Positions 30,334-40,412 are shown, numbered from the stretch's first letter. The stretch is 64,000 bases of DNA from Dehalococcoidia bacterium (GCA_963667465.2 CAXXDN010000002.1:1280001-1344000), one strand, 5' to 3'. Numbers and translations are program-made. The notes: generated from the letters alone by a model not told the origin.

Positions 30334-31829
30334 GCTCCGCCACGCCGCCGCTCGACCTCGCCGACGAGGGGACACGCGACCCCCTCGCGGCCTGGCTCGC
30401 CGCAGCAGCCGGCGCCGAGCGCGCCCGCATCGAGGACACAACGACGCTCGCGGGCGGCGCGATCCACCAGCACTGGCGCATCGACGTGGCCTTCGAGGGC
30501 GGCCCGCTCGCCGGAGAGCCCGTTGCCCTCGTGCTGCGCGCCGAGGGCGACGCGACGCTGGAGGAGAGCCACAGCGTCAAGCGGGAGTTCGCGATCGCGC
30601 GCGCGGCCTTCGAGGCCGGCGTCGCCGTGCCCGAGCCGCTCTGGCAGGCCGACGACTCCGTCATCGGGCGCGCCTTTTCGATCTGGCGCTTCGTCGAGGG
30701 CGTCGCGGCGGGGCACCTGCTGGTGCGCGACGAGACGCTCGGTGGCCCGCGTCCGGCGCTGCTCGAGCAGATCGGCGAGGAGCTCGCGCGGATCCAGACG
30801 ATCACGCCCGGCCGGGCCGGGCTCGAGTGGCTGCACGTCCCCGATCCGAGCCCGGCGCTGGCCGCCGTCGCCGAGTACCGGTCCGCCCTCGACGCGCATC
30901 CGAAGCCGCGGCCCGCGCTGGAGTGGGGACTGCGCTGGCTGGAGCATGAGGCCCCGCAGACTGAGCACCTGGTGCTGGTGCACAGCGACTATCGGACCGG
31001 CAATTTCATCGTGGGCGAGGACGGGCTGCGCGGCGTGCTCGACTGGGAGTTCGCACGCTGGGGCGACCCGCTCGAGGACCCCGGCTGGTTGAGCGCCCGC
31101 GCCTGGCGCTTCAACCGTTACGACCGCCGCGCCGGCGGCCTCGGCGACCTCGCCGACTTCGCACGCGGCTACGGGCGGGAGCTGCCGCCGGGAGCGCTCC
31201 ACTACTGGGAGGTGATGGCGCACGTCCGCTGGGCCGTGATCGCGATCCACCAGGGCGAGCGCCACAGCAGCGGCCGCCAGCCTTCGCTCGAACTCGCCCT
31301 CACGGGCCGCATCGTCGACGAGGTCGAGCTCGAAGTGCTGACACTGATCGAGGAGGGCGAGCGCGGCGACTATGGCAGCGGCGCGGACACGGCCGGGGCG
31401 CCGTCGCCTGCCTCGGAGGACCCGCCCCCGGCGGCCGACCTGCTCGACGGCGCGGCGCTGCTGGAGGCGGCACGAGGCGCGCTGCTGGACGACCTTGCAC
31501 CGCACGTCCCCGGGGCGCAGCGCTACGCCCTGCTGATGGCCGACAACGCGATGGGCATCGCCGCGCGGGAGCTGGAGGCGGGTGAGGCGCCCGCCCGCCG
31601 CGCCCTCGCCGGCCTCGCCGCCATCGAGGGCGCCCCGGCCGCCGGGCCGGGCGAGGACATGCGCGCCGCGCTGCGTGACGCCGAGTCGCGACTGACGGCC
31701 GAGATCCGCGCGGGCCGCTACGACGCTGGCCCGAAGCGGGACGCCCTCGCCGCCTGGCTGCGCGCGCGCGCGCTCGACGCCACGCGGGTCAGCAACCCGC
31801 GCTTCCTCGCGCGCCGGGGGTTCGCGTAG
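30330..31829 (+). CDS. APH-family phosphotransferase fused to a C-terminal DUF6285/LvaB-like helical domain
   Basis: GTGA overlap with ACAD; LVHSDYRTGN, LDWEFARWGDPLED; C-terminus YALLMADNAMGIAARE...RVSNPRFL. Confidence 0.85.
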   Translation: MSSATPPLDLADEGTRDPLAAWLAAAAGAERARIEDTTTLAGGAIHQHWRIDVAFEGGPLAGEPVALVLRAEGDATLEESHSVKREFAIARAAFEAGVAVPEPLWQADDSVIGRAFSIWRFVEGVAAGHLLVRDETLGGPRPALLEQIGEELARIQTITPGRAGLEWLHVPDPSPALAAVAEYRSALDAHPKPRPALEWGLRWLEHEAPQTEHLVLVHSDYRTGNFIVGEDGLRGVLDWEFARWGDPLEDPGWLSARAWRFNRYDRRAGGLGDLADFARGYGRELPPGALHYWEVMAHVRWAVIAIHQGERHSSGRQPSLELALTGRIVDEVELEVLTLIEEGERGDYGSGADTAGAPSPASEDPPPAADLLDGAALLEAARGALLDDLAPHVPGAQRYALLMADNAMGIAARELEAGEAPARRALAGLAAIEGAPAAGPGEDMRAALRDAESRLTAEIRAGRYDAGPKRDALAAWLRARALDATRVSNPRFLARRGFA

Positions 31830-32013
31830 GCGCTTGCTCAGGCCTCGCCAGCGCCGTCCGCGCGGATCGCCTCGAGGAAGCGAGGAGACGTGGCTGCCTC
31901 CGCGCGGCACGCCCCGGACGACAGGGTCCTCAGCGAAGCGATCGCCGAGCGCCACGAGCAGGCCCTGCGTCGTCCCAGTCGAGGATTCGCGTGTCCACGT
32001 CGCCCGCCTCGCG

Positions 32014-33639
32014 CTACTGAGCGCCCTCGATCAATCGCCGCCCGTAGCGTTCGCGCAGCGCGACCTTGTCGAACTTGCCGGTCGAGGTCTTGGGCAGCGC
32101 GTCGACGGGGATGAACTCGGCGGGCAGCCACCAGCGCAGGAACTGTGGCTCGATGAACTCGCGCAGCTCCTCGCCGCTGACGCTCGCGCCAGGCGCGCCG
32201 ACGACGGCGGCGAGCGGGCGTTCGCCCCAGCGCTCGTCCTCGGCGGCGAAGACGGCCGCCTCGACGACGCCGGGGTGCGCCATCAGCGCGTTCTCGAGCG
32301 CAACGCTGCTGATCCACTCGCCGCCGGACTTCACCACGTCGCGCGCGCGGTCGGCGATCAGGATCGAGCCGTGCTCGTCGATCGTCACGATGTCGCCGGT
32401 CCGGAACCAGCCGTCGCCGACGAAGTCGTCGGCGCGATCGACGCCGTAGTAGGCGCGCGCGATCGTCGGCCCGCGCACCTGCAACTCGCCGAGGGCCTGC
32501 CCGTCCCAGGGCTGCACCGTGCCGTCCTCGGCCACGTGGCGGAACTGGATCAGCGGCTGGGCGGGGCCCTGGCGCGCCCGCGCCTCGAGTGTGCCGGCCT
32601 CATCGAGCCCGTCGTGCGCGCGCTTGAGGTTGGCGATGCTGCCGAGCGGGTTCATCTCGGTCATCCCCCAGGCGTGGGTGACGTGCAGCCCGTGGCGGTC
32701 GAAGCCCTCGATCAGCGAGGGTGGCGCGGCCGATCCGCCGATGAGCATCGATCGCAGCGCGGACAGGTCCCACTCGCCGGGCCGCTCGTCGAGCGTGCGC
32801 AGCACGTCGAGGAAGACGGTCGGCACGCCGCCGGTGAGGGTGACGCGCTCGTCGGCGAACAGGCACAGCAGGGACTCGGCGCTGAGGTCGCGGCCGGGGA
32901 AGACCTGCTTCGCGCCCGCGTAGGTCGCGGCGTAGGGCAGGCCCCAGGCGTTCGCGTGGTACATCGGCACCACCGGCAGGACCGCGTCGCGCTCGCGGAC
33001 GCCGACGGTGTCCGTCATGCAGCTCATCAGGGCCAGCAGGGTCGTCGAGCGGTGGCTGTAGAGCACGCCCTTGGGGCGCCCCGTCGTGCCCGAGGTGTGG
33101 CACATCCCCGAGGCCTGGCGCTCGTCCAGCGGGGGCGGCTCGAACTCCTCCGGCTCGTCCGCGATCAGCTCCTCGTAGTCGCGGTAGCCCTCGGGCGTCA
33201 GACCGTCGTCGGGGATGACGATCACATGCTCCACGGAGACGCGGTCGCGGATCTCCGCGAAGGCGTCGAGCAGCGAGCTGTGGACGAAGAGCGCGCGGTC
33301 GGCGGCGTCGTTGACGATGTAGGTCAGCTCGTCGGGGTGCAGGCGCGCGTTGAGCGTATGCACCACCGCGCCGCTCAGCGGCACGGCGAAGTAGAGCTCG
33401 AGGTGGCGATGCTCGTTCCAGCAGAGCGTCGCGACACGGTCGCCGGGCTCGATGCCGAGCGTCGCGAGGGCGTTCGCCAGCTTGCGCGTGCGACGTGCGA
33501 AGTCGGCGTAGGTGTAGCGGTGGATGCTGCCGTCGGGGAAGCGGCTGACGAGCTCGTTGCCGGGGAATTGCGTCGCGGCGCGCTCGAACAGCATGGCGAG
33601 CGTCAGGGGATGGTCGTCGCTCATCAGGCTGTGCAGCAC
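32014..33639 (-). CDS. Fatty-acid--CoA ligase (AlkK/DmdB-like)
   Basis: TSGTTGRPKGV, HANAWG, WGMTE, WFRTGD, KSGGEWISS, PKTSTGK. Confidence 0.93.
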   Translation of the reverse strand: MLHSLMSDDHPLTLAMLFERAATQFPGNELVSRFPDGSIHRYTYADFARRTRKLANALATLGIEPGDRVATLCWNEHRHLELYFAVPLSGAVVHTLNARLHPDELTYIVNDAADRALFVHSSLLDAFAEIRDRVSVEHVIVIPDDGLTPEGYRDYEELIADEPEEFEPPPLDERQASGMCHTSGTTGRPKGVLYSHRSTTLLALMSCMTDTVGVRERDAVLPVVPMYHANAWGLPYAATYAGAKQVFPGRDLSAESLLCLFADERVTLTGGVPTVFLDVLRTLDERPGEWDLSALRSMLIGGSAAPPSLIEGFDRHGLHVTHAWGMTEMNPLGSIANLKRAHDGLDEAGTLEARARQGPAQPLIQFRHVAEDGTVQPWDGQALGELQVRGPTIARAYYGVDRADDFVGDGWFRTGDIVTIDEHGSILIADRARDVVKSGGEWISSVALENALMAHPGVVEAAVFAAEDERWGERPLAAVVGAPGASVSGEELREFIEPQFLRWWLPAEFIPVDALPKTSTGKFDKVALRERYGRRLIEGAQ

Positions 33640-33699
33640 GTCGCGCCTCCTTCCCTCGCGCGAGAGCCTAGCACCCTGCGGCGCCCGCCTCGCGAGGCG

Positions 33700-34302
33700 T
33701 CAGCGCTCGATCAGGCTCCCGCCGAGGTCGGGCGAGGGGCGATCGAACGGGCGGTAGTCGGCGCGGCGGCGGCCGAGGGCGATGAACGCCTGCGGCCGCC
33801 AGTCAACGGGCAGTTCGAGGACGCGCCGCACCTCGTCCGGCGTGTAGAGCGGCGCGGCCATCCAGTAGGCGCCGAGGCCACACTCGCTGGCCTCGAGCAG
33901 CAGGTTCTGGAGCGCCGCGCCGAAGGAGTGCGCGGCCATCGTCCACTCGGCGCGGGTGCGCTCCTCGTCGGGGTACGTGTTCAGCCCCTCGCCGACGAGG
34001 CAGCCGAGCAGCAGCGTCGGGGCGCCCTCGATGCGGCCGCGCGAGCGCTCGAGGGCGCGGCGGCGCACGGCCTCGTCGAGGCCGTCGCGGACCATGTCCG
34101 CCTCCCAGGCGGCGCCCATCGCCGCGGCCAGCGCGACGCGACGCTGCTGCGAGATCGAGGCGAAGCGCCAGGGGCGCGTGTGGTGCGGGGCGGGAGCGAG
34201 CAGCGCCAGCTCAACCAGGGCCTCGATCTCCTCGCGGCTGAGCGGCGGGCCCTGCAGGCCGCGGATCGAGCGGCGGCGGCGCAGCGCGTCGGCAAGGCTC
34301 AT
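33700..34302 (-). CDS. Nitroreductase family protein (FbiB C-terminal-like)
   Basis: RRRSIR, APAPHHTRPWRF, GAALQNLLL. Confidence 0.85.
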   Translation of the reverse strand: MSLADALRRRRSIRGLQGPPLSREEIEALVELALLAPAPHHTRPWRFASISQQRRVALAAAMGAAWEADMVRDGLDEAVRRRALERSRGRIEGAPTLLLGCLVGEGLNTYPDEERTRAEWTMAAHSFGAALQNLLLEASECGLGAYWMAAPLYTPDEVRRVLELPVDWRPQAFIALGRRRADYRPFDRPSPDLGGSLIER

Positions 34303-34373
34303 CGGGGCTCCGATCCCGCGGCTGCTAGCATGGCGTGCGGCGCAGAGCGCAGGCAGTGAGGGGGTACACCGCG

Positions 34374-34751
34374 ATGCGGATCACGCGCATCTACACGGGC
34401 GACGACGGGGAATCGCACTTCGAGGACATCGAGATCAACTTCACGGCGGCGATGGGGCTCGGCAAGCGCACGGAGCACCTCCCGGCGCAGAGCATCAGCA
34501 TGCGCGAGGCCGATGCCGAGAACGTGATGGACTGGCACGTCGCTCCCCGCCGCCAGTTCGTGATCAACGTCGCCGGCCGGGCCGAGATGGAGTGCGCCGA
34601 CGGCACGAAGCGCCAGCTCGGCCCTGGCGACGTGCTGCTGGCCGACGACCTGACCGGCCGCGGCCACATCACGCGCACCGTCGAGCTGCCTCGGTGCTCG
34701 GTCGTGGTGCCCGTACCGGACGACTTCGACATCGACGCGTTGCGCGCGTAG
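34374..34751 (+). CDS. Cupin-fold hypothetical protein
   Basis: TRIYTGDDGESHF, WHVAPRRQ, GDVLLADDLTGRGH. Confidence 0.8.
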   Translation: MRITRIYTGDDGESHFEDIEINFTAAMGLGKRTEHLPAQSISMREADAENVMDWHVAPRRQFVINVAGRAEMECADGTKRQLGPGDVLLADDLTGRGHITRTVELPRCSVVVPVPDDFDIDALRA

Positions 34752-34793
34752 ACGGCGCATCGAGGCGGCCTGCGGCGCTCGCGTCGTTCGCCG

Positions 34794-36086
34794 CTAGGTT
34801 GCGGCGGCCTCGGCGGGCTGGTTCGTCGCCGGATTCACCTCGAAGGGGCTGTGCAGCTCCAGCGAGGCCCCGATCTCGCGCACGGCGGGGAGCACTTCCT
34901 CGCCCATCAGCTTCATGCTGCGCATCTGGTCCTCGTGGCTCATCGCCCCCTCGCCGTCCCAGAGGATGATCGTTCCGGGCCGCAACAGCTCGAGGATGTA
35001 GCGCAGCTTCTCGATCACCGTCTTCGGCGACCCGGTGATGATCGTCATGCGCTCGACCTGCTGCTCGTAGGTGCCGGCGGAGCGCTCGATCGTCGAGAGT
35101 TCCTTGCTGCTCTCGGGCGGCGCGGCGAGGCCGCGCGAGTAGGCGGTGGCGCGGTTGAGCGCGGCGGCCGGCATCGTGCGGTTGCGCGGCGCAAGCCCGG
35201 GCAGGTTCTGCAGGTGGCGATGGACGCCGCCCTGGTTGCCCTCGAGGAAGGGGTTGGGCGGCCCCTGGATGTACTTGCGGCCGACCTCGAAGGCGAGCTC
35301 GTCGGTCGCCTCGACGTGGACCTTAAAGAGGTAGCCGCGGTGCTGCGGGCCCGCCTCGTAGCCGTGCTCGCGGGCGTGCTCGTCGTAGAACGCGAAGGAC
35401 TGGCGCGTCGCCTCGGGGGCGGTCGCGAGCATCACGTAGGGGTAGCGGTGTGCGGCCGCCCAGTCGGTGCTTTCCTTGCTGCCGCCGCCGGGAATCCAGA
35501 TCGGCGGGTGCGGCTGCTGGTAGGGACGCGTGAAGGGGTTCACGTAGCGGTAGTTGTAGTGCTCGCCCTCCCAGCGGAACGGGCCGGGCCTCGTCCATGC
35601 CTCCACGATGAAGTCGTGCGCCTCCTCGAAGCGCTGGCGGTTGAACGGGGGCTGGGCGTTGTGCGAGACGCTCTCGCGCCCCGAGCCGTGCACCCAGCCG
35701 GTGACGAGGCGGCCGCGCGAGATCATGTCGATCTCGGCCAGCGACTCGGCGAGCCAGAGCGGGTCTTCCCAGATCGGAAGGATGTTGCCGAGCAACAGGA
35801 TCCGCGGCTGCTTCGTGATCCGCGCGAGGATCGCGGCCTCGACGTTCATCACCCCGCCCATGCAGGCGGGTGTGCTGTGGTGCTCGTTGAGCATCAGCGC
35901 GTCGAAGCCAGCCTCCTCGGCGGCGAGCTTCTCGTCGAGGTAGCGGTGGTAGAGCATCGAGCCGAGGCGCGGGTCGTAGTCCTTGTTGCTGAGCCCGAGG
36001 TCGAAGTAGGCCTCGCGCGTGGTGGAGCCGAAGAAGCCATGCTCCTCGTCCTGGTAGGGCCGTTCCGTGAAATGCCCGATCAGCAC
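34794..36086 (-). CDS. Luciferase-like (LLM) flavin-dependent oxidoreductase
   Basis: GFDALMLNEHH, DMISRGRL, PYQQPHPPIWIPG; start placed at GTG 36086. Confidence 0.9.
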   Translation of the reverse strand: MLIGHFTERPYQDEEHGFFGSTTREAYFDLGLSNKDYDPRLGSMLYHRYLDEKLAAEEAGFDALMLNEHHSTPACMGGVMNVEAAILARITKQPRILLLGNILPIWEDPLWLAESLAEIDMISRGRLVTGWVHGSGRESVSHNAQPPFNRQRFEEAHDFIVEAWTRPGPFRWEGEHYNYRYVNPFTRPYQQPHPPIWIPGGGSKESTDWAAAHRYPYVMLATAPEATRQSFAFYDEHAREHGYEAGPQHRGYLFKVHVEATDELAFEVGRKYIQGPPNPFLEGNQGGVHRHLQNLPGLAPRNRTMPAAALNRATAYSRGLAAPPESSKELSTIERSAGTYEQQVERMTIITGSPKTVIEKLRYILELLRPGTIILWDGEGAMSHEDQMRSMKLMGEEVLPAVREIGASLELHSPFEVNPATNQPAEAAAT

Positions 36087-36094
36087 AGTCCCTA

Positions 36095-36127
36095 CCCTTC
36101 TCGCGCCCTTCTCGCGCCCTTCTCGCG
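36095..36127. repeat. 3 x 11-bp tandem repeat (cccttctcgcg) between divergent LLM genes
   Basis: Seen directly; the minus strand unit contains the SD-like AGAAGGG. Confidence 0.8.
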
Positions 36128-36228
36128 CCGCCGGCGAGCGCGCCTTCGCGAGGGCCTCTGGCCCTCGTGGGCCGCGGCTACGGTACCATCCCGGCGCGCC
36201 GCATCGCTGGCGCGGAACGGGGGCGGAG

Positions 36229-37137
36229 ATGGAACTGGGCGTCGTCTTTCCCACGAACGAGATGGGTACCGACCCGATCGCGATCCGCGACTATGCGCAG
36301 GCCGCCGAGGACCTCGGCTACACCCGCCTCGTCGCCTACGACCACGTCCTCGGCGCACACCCCGACCGCCCCGAGGGCGGCGCCTGGCTCGGCCCCTACG
36401 GGAGACGCGTGACGCCGCCCTACACGCACGAGAACGCCTTCCACGAGCCGTTCGTGTTGTTCGGCTTCCTCGCGGGGCTGACGAGCAACCTCGAGTTCAT
36501 GACCGGCGTGCTGGTGCTGCCGCAGCGGCAGACTGCGCTCGTCGCCAAGCAGTGCGCGCAGATCGACATCCTCGCGGGCGGCGGGCGGCTCATCCTCGGC
36601 GTCGGCGTCGGCTGGAACTCGGTCGAGTTCGAGGCGCTGGGCGAGAGCTACCGCACGCGCGGGCGCCGCATGGAGGAGCAGATCGGGCTGCTGCGGCAGC
36701 TCTGGAGCGAGCCCGTCATCAGCTTCGAGGGCGACTTCGACCGCGTCACCAAGGCCGGGCTGAACCCGCTGCCGGAACGCCCGATCCCGATCTGGATCGG
36801 GGCGCTGGCCGACGTCGCGGTCGAGCGCGCCGGCCGCCTCGCCGACGGCTGGCACGTCCCGCGCGCCTACCGCGGCGACCCCGAACGGATCGCCCTCGAG
36901 GCCCAGAAGTTCTTCAGCGCCGCCCGCACCGCTGGACGCGACCCCTCGGCGCTTGGGCTCAGCAGCAACCTGCACGTCGTGGGCCTCGACCCGGACGAGC
37001 AGCTCGAGCTGGCCGAGGGGGCGGAGGCCGCGGGCGTCACACACCTGCACATCAGCACCATGGAGCAGGGCTACACACCTGAGCAGCACCTCAGCGCGAT
37101 CCGTGACTTCGCCGAGCAGTACGGCGTGGGCGCGTAG
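36229..37137 (+). CDS. LLM class, probably F420-dependent oxidoreductase
   Basis: AYDHVLG, FHEPFVLFG, LVLPQRQTALVAKQ, GVGVGWN. Confidence 0.9.
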   Translation: MELGVVFPTNEMGTDPIAIRDYAQAAEDLGYTRLVAYDHVLGAHPDRPEGGAWLGPYGRRVTPPYTHENAFHEPFVLFGFLAGLTSNLEFMTGVLVLPQRQTALVAKQCAQIDILAGGGRLILGVGVGWNSVEFEALGESYRTRGRRMEEQIGLLRQLWSEPVISFEGDFDRVTKAGLNPLPERPIPIWIGALADVAVERAGRLADGWHVPRAYRGDPERIALEAQKFFSAARTAGRDPSALGLSSNLHVVGLDPDEQLELAEGAEAAGVTHLHISTMEQGYTPEQHLSAIRDFAEQYGVGA

Positions 37138-37155
37138 CCCCGCGCGGCGAGCAGC

Positions 37156-37578
37156 GTGCCCGTTCCCGACCTCGACGACTGGCGGCGCCGCTGGCAGCGT
37201 CCGATCCTCCAGCGCCTCGGCATCCGCGGCGATAGCGTCGAGCACGGCTACGCGCGGATGCGCGTCGACCGCCCCGAGGACGCCGACGAGGTGCTGTACC
37301 GCAGCTCGCTCACGATCGCCGCGGACCTCGCGGCGATCTCCGCGGTCACCTCGCAACTCGAGGACGGCGTGCAGGTCGCGAACGGCACCGCCGAGCTGCA
37401 CCTCTCCTTCATCGACACACCCGGTAGCCTGCCCGACACCGTCGAGGTGAGCGCGCGGGTCGCGAACTGGGCAGACTACGCCACGCACCTGGATCTCGAA
37501 GCGCGCGCGCCAGGCGGCGAGCTGGTGGCGCGCGGGCTGACCACCTACTCGCTGCGGCCGGTGGCGGGGGCCTCGTGA
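37156..37578 (+). CDS. PaaI-like hotdog-fold protein (degenerate)
   Basis: LGIR...GYARM, ADLAA, TAELHLSF; paralogous to the next gene. Confidence 0.7.
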   Translation: MPVPDLDDWRRRWQRPILQRLGIRGDSVEHGYARMRVDRPEDADEVLYRSSLTIAADLAAISAVTSQLEDGVQVANGTAELHLSFIDTPGSLPDTVEVSARVANWADYATHLDLEARAPGGELVARGLTTYSLRPVAGAS

Positions 37579-38015
37579 GCTCCAGCGGCGCGGCTGCCGG
37601 GCCGCTCTTCGACGTCTTCGGGATCGAGGTCGAGGAGCTGCGCGAGGGCTACGCGCGCCTGGCAGTCGAGCGTTCGCGGATGCCGCTGCGCGGGGTCCGC
37701 AACTCGCTCAACGGGGGCGTCGTCGCCTCGCTGGCCGACGCGGCGATGCAGCTCTGCACCGGGACCGTGCTGCGGCCGGGCGAGCGGCAGGGGCCGACGC
37801 TGGAGCTGAGCGTCTCCTACCTTTCCTCGGCACGCGGGGAGCGCACGATCGCCGAGGCGCGGCTGCTGCGCCGCGGCGGCCGTCTCGCCGTCGGCGACGT
37901 GGAGCTGCGCGACGCCTCGGACGGAGCGATCAACGCGAAGGCGCGCGTCACCTGCGGGATCCGCCGCGACGGCGACCATGGAAACGAACGCGAACGGACA
38001 GGAGGCGACCAATGA
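37575..38015 (+). CDS. PaaI family thioesterase
   Basis: NGGVVASLADAA, TLELSVSYL, RRGGRLAVG. Confidence 0.85.
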   Translation: MSSSGAAAGPLFDVFGIEVEELREGYARLAVERSRMPLRGVRNSLNGGVVASLADAAMQLCTGTVLRPGERQGPTLELSVSYLSSARGERTIAEARLLRRGGRLAVGDVELRDASDGAINAKARVTCGIRRDGDHGNERERTGGDQ

Positions 38016-39184
38016 CGGAGCAGAAGGAGCAGAAGCCGCGCTGGGCGGTCGAGGGCGTACTCAGTGACGAGATGCTCGACCGGCACCGCACGCGGCTCGG
38101 CCGCAGCTGGGAGGCCGAGGGCCTGCTCGACCGCTCGGCAATCGACATCTTCGCGCGCGCCATCGGCGACTCCAACCCGCTCTGGCAGGACCCGGCGTAC
38201 GCTGCCTCCGGGCCGTTCGGCGCCCTGGTGGCGCCGCCCGGCGCGCTCTACCGCATCCACCTCGGCAACGCGATGCATGGCCTGCGCGGCGTGATGGGCT
38301 ACAACATCGGCACCGCCTGGGAGCTGCTCGCGCCCATCTACGAGGGCGACACGATCCGTACCTCGATCGTCTTCGACGAGATCGAGGAGCGCGACGAGTC
38401 GCGCTTCGCCCAGCGCTCGATCATCGAGCACTACCGGGGCGACTGGACGAACCAGCGGGGGGAGGTCGTCGCGCGCTCCCACGTGCGCAACCTGCGCGTC
38501 GAGCGCAGCAGCACGCGCCGCAAAGGCCGTGACACGCGCCTCGAGGTGCCGCACCCCTGGACGGACGAAGAGCGGCTCGTGATCGAGGAAGCCTCGGCGC
38601 GCGAGCCGGAGCAGATCCGCGGGGGTGAGCCGCTGTGGTGGGAGGACGTCGAGGAGGACACGGCGCTGGAGACGCTGGTCAAGGGCCCGCTGCGCATGTG
38701 GGACATGATCTGCTGGTTCTCGGCGCGCGCCATCCTCAACGGCTACTCGCGCTCGATCCGCGGCATCCTCGACACTCCCGCGCTCGGGATGCTGCACCCG
38801 GCGAGCAACTCCCGCGAACCGATCGAGATCGTGCATGTGGACAATGAGGCGGCCCGCACCGCCGGGCTGCCCGGCGCCTACGACCTCGGCGCGGCACGCC
38901 AGTCCTACCAGCTGCAATCGCTGATCCACGCGGTCGGCGACGACGCCTGGATCAAGCACAACTCCTGCGACTACCGGCGCTTCGTCTACCTCGGCGACGC
39001 GATGACGTTCCAGAACACCGTCACGCGCAAGTTCGTCGACGAGGACGGCGAGCATTGCATCGAGGTGCACGGCTCCGTCTTCAACCAGCGCAAGGAGGAC
39101 GTGATGCCCTCGCGCTCCGTGATCGCGCTTCCCAGCCGCGAGGAGGAGACGACGCCGGCGCGGCGGCGTGCTCGCACGAGCTGA
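38012..39184 (+). CDS. Double hotdog MaoC/FAS1-like dehydratase
   Basis: FARAIGDSNPLWQD...APP, VHVDNEAAR..GLPGAYD, YRRFVYLGD. Confidence 0.85.
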   Translation: MTEQKEQKPRWAVEGVLSDEMLDRHRTRLGRSWEAEGLLDRSAIDIFARAIGDSNPLWQDPAYAASGPFGALVAPPGALYRIHLGNAMHGLRGVMGYNIGTAWELLAPIYEGDTIRTSIVFDEIEERDESRFAQRSIIEHYRGDWTNQRGEVVARSHVRNLRVERSSTRRKGRDTRLEVPHPWTDEERLVIEEASAREPEQIRGGEPLWWEDVEEDTALETLVKGPLRMWDMICWFSARAILNGYSRSIRGILDTPALGMLHPASNSREPIEIVHVDNEAARTAGLPGAYDLGAARQSYQLQSLIHAVGDDAWIKHNSCDYRRFVYLGDAMTFQNTVTRKFVDEDGEHCIEVHGSVFNQRKEDVMPSRSVIALPSREEETTPARRRARTS

Positions 39185-39281
39185 GGCGCGGTTCGATAGC
39201 ATGCGCCCGGCGCCGGGCTTCGGCCACATCGTGCGCGTCGAGGGCAAGCGCACCTTCCGCGCGCTGTAGTGCGGCGGCGGG

Positions 39282-40283
39282 TCAGGCGAGCAGCGACTCC
39301 AGCACGCGGCCGACCTCGCGCGGGTCGCCCTCCGGCATGTAGAGCATCTGCACATCGGCTCCGAGGCGGGCACGCTCGGCGAGGCGTTCGCGCACCTCCT
39401 CGATCGGCCCAATCACCTGGATGCCCGCGATCATCTCGTCGCTGAGCGCGGCCAGCGAGGCCTCGCGGTCGCGCTCGCCCCAGGCAGCCTTCGAGGCGGC
39501 GACCTCGTCGGCGTGGCCGGCGCGGCTGAGCATCTGCCAGTAGAAGTCGCCCATGCGGTTCACGTAGTGGTGCACGTGCGCGCGGGCCGCCATCCACTTG
39601 CGCTCGTCCTCGTCGGCGTTGCCGTCGAGGACGAAGACGTTGGTGAACGGGGCGATCGTGATCGCCGAGGCGTCGCGACCGGCGCTGCGCGCGCCTTCCT
39701 CGAGCTGCTCACGCAGTTGCGGGAGGAGCCGGGTCGGCCAGTGGATGGGGAGGATGCCGTCGGCGATCTCGCCGGTCTGGCGGATCGAGCGAGGGGTGAT
39801 CGCGGCGATCCAGACGGGGACGCTGTCGCGCACGCGCAGGAAGTCCAGCCGGAAGCCGCGCTGGAGCTGGAACAGCTCGCCCTCGTACTCCAGCCGCTGA
39901 CCGGCCATCAGCAACTGGAAGATCTCCACGTACTCGCGGATGCGGCGCAGCGGCCGCTCGAACGGCACGCCGAAGAAGTCCTCGATCACGAGGTGCCCGG
40001 AGGAGCCGAGGCCGAGCGCCATCCGCCCATCGGAGATCTGCTCAAGCCGCGCGAACTCCTGTGCCAGAGTGGCCGGGCTGCGCGAGAAGACGTTGAGGAT
40101 CGAGGGCAGGATCGTTGCGCGCTCGGTGTGCTCGGCGAGTAATGTGAGCCAGGGAATCGCGGAGGGGCCCCAGGACTCGCCACCGCTGGTGATGTACTCC
40201 ACGCCGAGGTCCTCGGCGATCCGCACCTTCTCCAGCGTTTCCCGCCAGTCCTCCTCCATCGGCGCCTGCAGTCCGAGCTTCAT
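39282..40283 (-). CDS. LLM class (Mer-like) oxidoreductase
   Basis: GESWG, NVFSRSPATLAQ, GRMALGLGSSG, GEIADG. Confidence 0.9.
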   Translation of the reverse strand: MKLGLQAPMEEDWRETLEKVRIAEDLGVEYITSGGESWGPSAIPWLTLLAEHTERATILPSILNVFSRSPATLAQEFARLEQISDGRMALGLGSSGHLVIEDFFGVPFERPLRRIREYVEIFQLLMAGQRLEYEGELFQLQRGFRLDFLRVRDSVPVWIAAITPRSIRQTGEIADGILPIHWPTRLLPQLREQLEEGARSAGRDASAITIAPFTNVFVLDGNADEDERKWMAARAHVHHYVNRMGDFYWQMLSRAGHADEVAASKAAWGERDREASLAALSDEMIAGIQVIGPIEEVRERLAERARLGADVQMLYMPEGDPREVGRVLESLLA

Positions 40284-40412
40284 CGCGGCCCCCTCTCGCG
40301 CGCCGTCGCGCGCGGGCGGATTCTAGCCCGCCGCCGCGTAGCGGGGAGCCGCCACCGCCCTCGCGCGCTACCATGCGCGCGACGAGCGAGCGAGCGAGCC
40401 GCGACGGAGCCC

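Noticed and set aside
31890-32114. Small ORF after GAGGAG
   Set aside because: Overlaps the CoA ligase 3' end on the opposite strand and shows no recognisable motif.
40384-40399. (GAGC)4 upstream of a hypothetical gene as a contingency repeat
   Set aside because: Too short to imply slippage.
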